Shown piece after piece: positions 60,199 to 64,000 of a stretch of DNA of 64,000 nt; the stretch's first letter is position 1; each line of letters begins with the position of its first letter. The notes beneath the pieces were generated by a model. It was given only the letters and a program-made list of their open reading frames with translations. It searched no databases and was not told where the DNA came from. The DNA comes from Peptacetobacter sp. GTDB taxonomy: Bacteria > Bacillota > Clostridia > Peptostreptococcales > Peptostreptococcaceae. The position numbers were made by a program, and so were the translations under genes. Where the stretch lies: contig NZ_JARIBH010000007.1 in the NCBI RefSeq assembly GCF_029264495.1, forward strand, positions 1,636-65,635, read 5' to 3'.

Positions 60199-61302
60199 AT
60201 GAATTTGAAATTTAATTTTGCAAAACTTACTCAATCAAGACTTATGGGAAGTATGGGAATGATTGTAGATAGTACAGATGAAAGTGGAAATAATATAAAA
60301 CAGTATTTTTTATTGGATTCAGAGGGATTAGGACTTTGTGATTATGTGAAATTAATAAATCCATCAGAAAAAAGAGCATATATGGAAGAAGAAAGATTGA
60401 TGGGAGGACTTGGTTCAGATAGGATAGAAATATCAGAAGAAGAATCTAAATTTTTAATAAAGCATTTTGGAAGTAGAAATATAAAATATGAAAAAGAATT
60501 AGCAGGAGAAGTAGAAGATTATATAGATATAATAAATAATTTCAAAACAAATATTTGTATATATGATTTATATCCTAAAATTTGTAAAGAAGTAAAAGAA
60601 GAAGTAGAATTTGTAAATTATATGGTTATGAGACTTGTTGCGTGGGATAGAGAGGCTTTGACTTACTATTCTGGTAGTGAAGAAATAGGTAGTATGCATA
60701 TAACAAATATAAATGGAACGCTTCTAAAAACAAATATAGTTTCTAGAGGAAATGGAAAATATATTTCAGAAACAATTTATGAAGATAATGATGGATACTA
60801 TATTTGTAAGATAGCGCTTAGTATAGAAAAAATAAATGACAACTTCAAATTAAAATCAATGGTCGTATCTGAATCAGAGCCAATATATGATTTTGAAGTT
60901 TTTGATGAGATTTCTAAAGAAGAGTTTGTTGATATATATACTATTGATAATGAAGAACAATTTTTAGAAAAATTCTATGAAGATAATCCTTTTGTTATGA
61001 AAAGTGATATGGAGGAAGATACTGTATTATTTACAAGATTTAATTTTAATAATGACCATGTAAAAGCGAACTCATATGTTATAAATAATGATATAAAAGC
61101 TATATATTATAGCAATGCAGGTATGTTTTTTGTTGGAACTTATTCAGAAAAAGACAGAAAATATATAAATGGATTATTAAGTGTAAATTACTCGGAATTT
61201 TTAACATATCAAGATTCTATGTTCTTTGAACAAAATGCATTATATGATTTTGTAGAATCTGGAAATGATGATTTTTATGATTTTTTAGATGATGAAGAAT
61301 AA
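60199..61302 (+). CDS. Acidic hypothetical protein
   Basis: Long ORF with normal codon use and its own terminator; no motif recognised. Confidence 0.8.
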   Translation: MNLKFNFAKLTQSRLMGSMGMIVDSTDESGNNIKQYFLLDSEGLGLCDYVKLINPSEKRAYMEEERLMGGLGSDRIEISEEESKFLIKHFGSRNIKYEKELAGEVEDYIDIINNFKTNICIYDLYPKICKEVKEEVEFVNYMVMRLVAWDREALTYYSGSEEIGSMHITNINGTLLKTNIVSRGNGKYISETIYEDNDGYYICKIALSIEKINDNFKLKSMVVSESEPIYDFEVFDEISKEEFVDIYTIDNEEQFLEKFYEDNPFVMKSDMEEDTVLFTRFNFNNDHVKANSYVINNDIKAIYYSNAGMFFVGTYSEKDRKYINGLLSVNYSEFLTYQDSMFFEQNALYDFVESGNDDFYDFLDDEE

Positions 61303-61336
61303 AGAATAAAAAATAAGAAAAATTAAAATGTAAAGG

Positions 61337-61384
61337 AAAAGCTATTAAGATTCTATTAATAAAATTGAATTTTGATAGCTTTTA
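61337..61384 (+). terminator. Terminator after the hypothetical gene
   Basis: aaaagctattaagattc / gaattttgatagctttt stem with two G-U pairs. Confidence 0.65.
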
Positions 61385-61444
61385 TTTTAATAAAAAATAT
61401 AAATAGAATATAGTAAGAATGATATAAAGGATTATTTTAAAGAT

Positions 61445-61536
61445 ATATATGAATATTTGTTCATATATTTGTAAAAAAGTATTGCAAAAAATATGATCTA
61501 AGATTATAATGAATACATGAACAGATATTCATATAT
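61445..61536 (+). promoter_or_regulatory. cadC promoter with two ArsR/SmtB-type operators
   Basis: TTGCAA(61482)-17bp-TATAAT(61505), flanked by ATATATGAATA-tt-TGTTCATATAT (61445-61468) and ATACATGAACA-ga-TATTCATATAT (61513-61536). Confidence 0.85.
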
Positions 61537-61557
61537 TCATATATAAGGAGGTAAAAT

Positions 61558-61929
61558 ATGATAAATAAAAAGATAGAATGTTGTACAGAAAATAGAGTAC
61601 ATGAGAATATAGTAAATAAAATAAAGGAAAAAATGCCAGATGAAGAGGTATTGGCAGATTTAGCAGATTTATTTAGAGTATTTGGAGATACAACAAGGGT
61701 TAAGATAATTTTTGCATTATTTTCAAATGAAATGTGTGTATGTGATATAGCAGAACTTTTAGGAATGACACAATCAGCTATATCTCATCAACTAAGAGTT
61801 TTAAAAAATGCACGACTTGTAAAATTTAGAAAAGAAGGAAAGACTGTATTTTATTCTCTAGATGATGAACATATAAGTGGAATATTAGAACGTGGTTTAG
61901 AACATATAAATGAAGAATATAAAAGATAA
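61558..61929 (+). CDS. ArsR/SmtB (CadC-like) metalloregulator
   Basis: N-terminal CC...H, FRVFGDTTR, CVCDIA, QSAISHQLRVLK, LDDEHI. Confidence 0.93.
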   Translation: MINKKIECCTENRVHENIVNKIKEKMPDEEVLADLADLFRVFGDTTRVKIIFALFSNEMCVCDIAELLGMTQSAISHQLRVLKNARLVKFRKEGKTVFYSLDDEHISGILERGLEHINEEYKR

Positions 61930-61967
61930 TTACAGAGAATATAAACTATAAAAAGAAGGTGAATTTT

Positions 61968-64000
61968 ATGGCAAAAAGAATAGATTTCTTATTAGAAGGA
62001 TTAAATTGTGCACATTGTGCTGAAAAAATAAACGATAAAGTATCTAAAGTAAATTATGTTGAAAATAGTAATATGAATTTTGTTGCAAAAAAACTATCTG
62101 TTTTCATGGAAGATAAGGATATAACAAGAGAAAATGTATCAAAAATAGCTAAAATAGTACATGAAACAGAAAGTGGAATAACAGTAAGTCTATTAAAAAA
62201 TAAAATATTAGGTGAATTACAATTTGATAATAAAGGAAATATTTTAGAAAATATCAGTGGACAAAATAAAAAACAAATGGTTGATATAAATTCTTTATAC
62301 AATAATCATAATCACGATGAACATTGCAATTGTGGAGGAGAACATGAGCATAGTGATTGCTGTAGTTCTCATCATGAACACAGTCATAACCATAGTCATA
62401 ACCATGAACAAGTTAATGTAAAATCTGAAAAAAATAAAGAATCAGTATTAAACTCAAATCTAATAAAAATTATAATAGGAGTGGCTGTTTATATATTTGG
62501 TATCTATGAATCAGCAGTTGGTAACACAGGAATATTTGGAATGGTTATATTCTTAGCAGCATATATTTTAATAGGTGGAGATGTTTTATTAAAAGCAATA
62601 AAGAACTTATTTAGAGGACAAGTTTTAGATGAAAACTTTTTAATGTCAATAGCTACAGTAGGAGCAATAGCAATAGGTGAATATTCTGAAGCAGTTGGAG
62701 TTATGTTATTTTATAAAATAGGTGAATATTTACAGCAAAAAGCAGTTGGGAAATCTAGAAAATCAATATCTGCTCTTATGGAAATAAAAGCAGAATTTGC
62801 AAATTTAGTTAAAAATGGAACTATGCAAAAAGTTGATCCAGAAGATGTAAATGTAGGTGATATAATAGCTGTTAAGCCAGGGGAAAAAATTCCACTAGAT
62901 GGAATTGTTACAGATGGAGAAGCTATGTTAGATACTTCTGCTATAACAGGTGAATCTGTGTTAAGAGATGTAAAATCAGGAGATGAAGTTGTATCAGGAA
63001 CAATAAATACTAATTCTCTTATATATATTAAAGTTACAAAGGAATATAGTGAATCAACAGTTGCTAAAATTTTAGATATGGTTGAAAATGCAGGAAGTAG
63101 AAAATCACAAACAGAAAACTTTATTTCAAAATTCTGTAGATATTATACACCAATAGTTGTAATTTTAGCATTAGCAGTTGCGTTTATTCCTCCTATAGTA
63201 ATAGAAGGAGCTTCATTTAGAGATTGGATATATAGAGGTCTTATATTCTTAGTAGTTTCTTGTCCTTGTGCATTAGTACTTTCAATACCTCTAAGTTTCT
63301 TTGGTGGAATAGGGACAGCATCAAAAAATGGAATACTTATAAAAGGAAGTAACTATTTAGAAGCTATGAGAAATGTAAATACTGTAGTTTTAGATAAGAC
63401 AGGAACAATAACTAAAGGTGTCTTTAAAGTTACAGAAATAATTTCTAATGATGTAGATAAAGATGAAGTATTAAAATTTGCAGCTATTGCAGAGGCAAAT
63501 TCAAATCATCCTATAGCAAAATCTATAATGGAAAGTTATAAAAAAGAATTCAAAGAAGAAATAAATTTAAATGAAATAGATAAATATGAAGAAATAGCAG
63601 CATATGGAATAAAAGCAAAATATCAAGGAAAAACTATACTTGCAGGAAGTTCAAAACTTTTAGATAGTGAAAATATAGTATATAGAAAAAATGATGAACA
63701 AGGAACTACAGTATATATAGCTGTTGATGGAAAATATATTGGTTCTATAATTATATCAGATGAATTGAAAGAAGATAGTAAAAAAGCAATTGAAGATATG
63801 AAAAAATCAGGAATATCAAATATAATAATGCTTACAGGAGATAATGAGTCAGCAGCATCTAAAATAGCAAAAGAAGTTGGAATAGATAAATACTATTCAG
63901 GACTTTTACCAAATGAAAAAGTAGAAATGCTTGAAAATATAGCGAATGAAAATATAAAAGGAAATACAGCATTTATTGGAGATGGTATAAATGATGCACC
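61968..64000 (+). CDS. cadA: P1B-type Zn/Cd/Pb-exporting ATPase, truncated by the window end (not in ORF track)
   Basis: ATG 61968 after GAAGGTG; HMA LNCAHC, His/Cys-rich linker, DENFLM, TGES, SCPCAL, DKTGT, MLTGD, GDGINDAP at the edge. Confidence 0.95.
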   Translation, partial: MAKRIDFLLEGLNCAHCAEKINDKVSKVNYVENSNMNFVAKKLSVFMEDKDITRENVSKIAKIVHETESGITVSLLKNKILGELQFDNKGNILENISGQNKKQMVDINSLYNNHNHDEHCNCGGEHEHSDCCSSHHEHSHNHSHNHEQVNVKSEKNKESVLNSNLIKIIIGVAVYIFGIYESAVGNTGIFGMVIFLAAYILIGGDVLLKAIKNLFRGQVLDENFLMSIATVGAIAIGEYSEAVGVMLFYKIGEYLQQKAVGKSRKSISALMEIKAEFANLVKNGTMQKVDPEDVNVGDIIAVKPGEKIPLDGIVTDGEAMLDTSAITGESVLRDVKSGDEVVSGTINTNSLIYIKVTKEYSESTVAKILDMVENAGSRKSQTENFISKFCRYYTPIVVILALAVAFIPPIVIEGASFRDWIYRGLIFLVVSCPCALVLSIPLSFFGGIGTASKNGILIKGSNYLEAMRNVNTVVLDKTGTITKGVFKVTEIISNDVDKDEVLKFAAIAEANSNHPIAKSIMESYKKEFKEEINLNEIDKYEEIAAYGIKAKYQGKTILAGSSKLLDSENIVYRKNDEQGTTVYIAVDGKYIGSIIISDELKEDSKKAIEDMKKSGISNIIMLTGDNESAASKIAKEVGIDKYYSGLLPNEKVEMLENIANENIKGNTAFIGDGINDA

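Noticed and set aside
61968-64000. Possible cadA pseudogene (absent from ORF track)
   Set aside because: The frame appears open with all motifs in order; it simply has no stop before the window ends.

Overview
A very AT-rich Firmicute chromosome segment, almost entirely + strand. Gene content and order suggest Peptostreptococcaceae (C. difficile relatives); this is inferred, not verified. Housekeeping blocks: 3' end of galU, rho-rpmE-DUF1385-prmC-prfA-ZIP-sua5-rpiB-dCMP deaminase, a full F1Fo atp operon with a Na+-type c subunit, CBS-acpS, cobT-U-S-C, and purE-F-M-N-H-D-L (no purC). Accessory blocks: a POT peptide transporter, a GntR-controlled udp-nupC-deoB-deoC operon, a Crp/Fnr regulator divergent from ferredoxin-hcp, a LytTR-only/membrane-protein pair, a CobW-like GTPase, a pentapeptide-repeat protein, a stand-alone DnaA-domain-I-like protein, an Fe-ADH, a DUF5685/TPR-cysteine-string/membrane-protein triplet, a Lac/Cel-family PTS operon, and cadC-cadA running off the right edge. 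I saw no rRNA, tRNA, CRISPR array, IS element or riboswitch. Best leads: (1) the PTS operon has two aminopeptidases and a PLP lyase but no glycosidase, suggesting glyco-amino-acid or glycopeptide catabolism; (2) DUF5685 has isoprenoid-synthase-like Asp motifs and sits next to a TPR protein with a 17-Cys tail ending in CC; (3) PurF has a degenerate glutaminase domain (Cys1Ser plus other changes); (4) the stand-alone DnaA-N protein; (5) the LytTR system with clear operator repeats; (6) atypical residues at the ATP synthase rotor and stator. Three small ORFs missed by the ORF track were also found. All family assignments come from motif recognition by eye; no searches were run.
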